64,000 nucleotides of DNA from Heterodontus francisci (taxonomy: Eukaryota): positions 31,921,790 to 31,985,789 of the forward strand of contig NC_090379.1 in assembly GCF_036365525.1 (NCBI RefSeq). Direction: 5' to 3'. Each line of letters starts with the position of its first letter. The first letter of the stretch is position 1. The position numbers were made by a program, and so were the translations under genes. Below the pieces are notes generated by a model. The model saw nothing but the letters and a program-made list of their open reading frames with translations. It did not search any database and was not told where the DNA came from. Below are positions 63,505 through 64,000 of the stretch, in pieces.

Positions 63505-64000
63505 TACCTGTAAGGAACTAGATAATGAAGTCAGCGTGACTAAGGGGAAGAGTAGGCAGGGAGCAGATGATGAACGCAAAGGGACTGGTGGCCTGAGGTG
63601 CATTTGTTTTAATGCAAGAAGTGTAGTAGGTAAGGCAGATGAACTTAGGGCTTGGATTAGTACCTGGGAGTATGTTATTGCTATTACTGAGACTTGGTTG
63701 AGGGAAGGGCACGATTGGCAGCTAAATATCCCAGGATATCGATGCTTCAGGCGGGATAGAGAGGGAGGTAAAAGGGGTGGAGGAGTTGCATTACTGGTCA
63801 AAGAGGATATCACAGCTGTGCTGAAGGAGGGCACTATGGAGGACTCGAGCAGTGAGGCAGTATGGGCAGAACTCAGAAATAGGAAGGGTGCGGTAACAAT
63901 GTTGGGGCTGTACTATAGGCCTCCCAACAGCGAGCGTGAGATAGAGGTACAAATATGTAAACAGATTATGGAAAGATGTAGGAGCAACAGGGTGGTGGTG
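63505..64000 (+). mobile_element. CR1 LINE ORF2 N-terminus (endonuclease), running off the window
   Basis: CICFNARSVVGKADELRAWI, IAITETWL...LNIPGYRCFRRDREGGKRGGGVALLVK, YYRPPN. Confidence 0.92.

Noticed and set aside
1-64000. Prokaryotic systems (CRISPR, retron, DGR, defence operons) suggested by the many RT ORFs
   Set aside because: All RTs are non-LTR retrotransposon types (CR1, L2, RTE) in a spliced vertebrate locus; no repeat-spacer array or operon structure.

Overview
Eukaryotic genomic DNA, very probably from a shark or ray (inferred from HE1/V-SINE, DeuSINE and CR1 content), not a prokaryotic locus. Two vertebrate genes sit head-to-head near the right end. PPP4R4 (- strand) has coding exons at 56423-56512 and 54655-54728; I could not find its next canonical exon, so most of the window appears to be one intron of more than 54 kb. 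DDX24 (+ strand) has a CpG-island first exon and a first coding exon at 62321-63008. The rest is densely nested transposable elements: CR1-group, L2 and RTE LINEs (one RTE full-length with a 10-bp TSD), three SINE families, two related solo LTRs with 4-bp TSDs, a decayed Harbinger transposase with TIR-bearing MITEs, and Penelope-like fragments. Best leads: (1) a minimal hammerhead-ribozyme fold in a 143-bp Penelope-type insert with a 15-bp TSD in DDX24 intron 1; (2) a CpG-rich 150-nt candidate cassette exon in frame with PPP4R4; (3) an inverted-repeat-bounded CpG-rich element carrying CTCF/YY1/NRF1-like motifs; (4) no ISG12/IFI27 genes seen between DDX24 and PPP4R4. I found no convincing wholly new multi-gene system. 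Family assignments come from recall of known sequences, not from database searches, and most short ORFs in the track are TE debris or noise.
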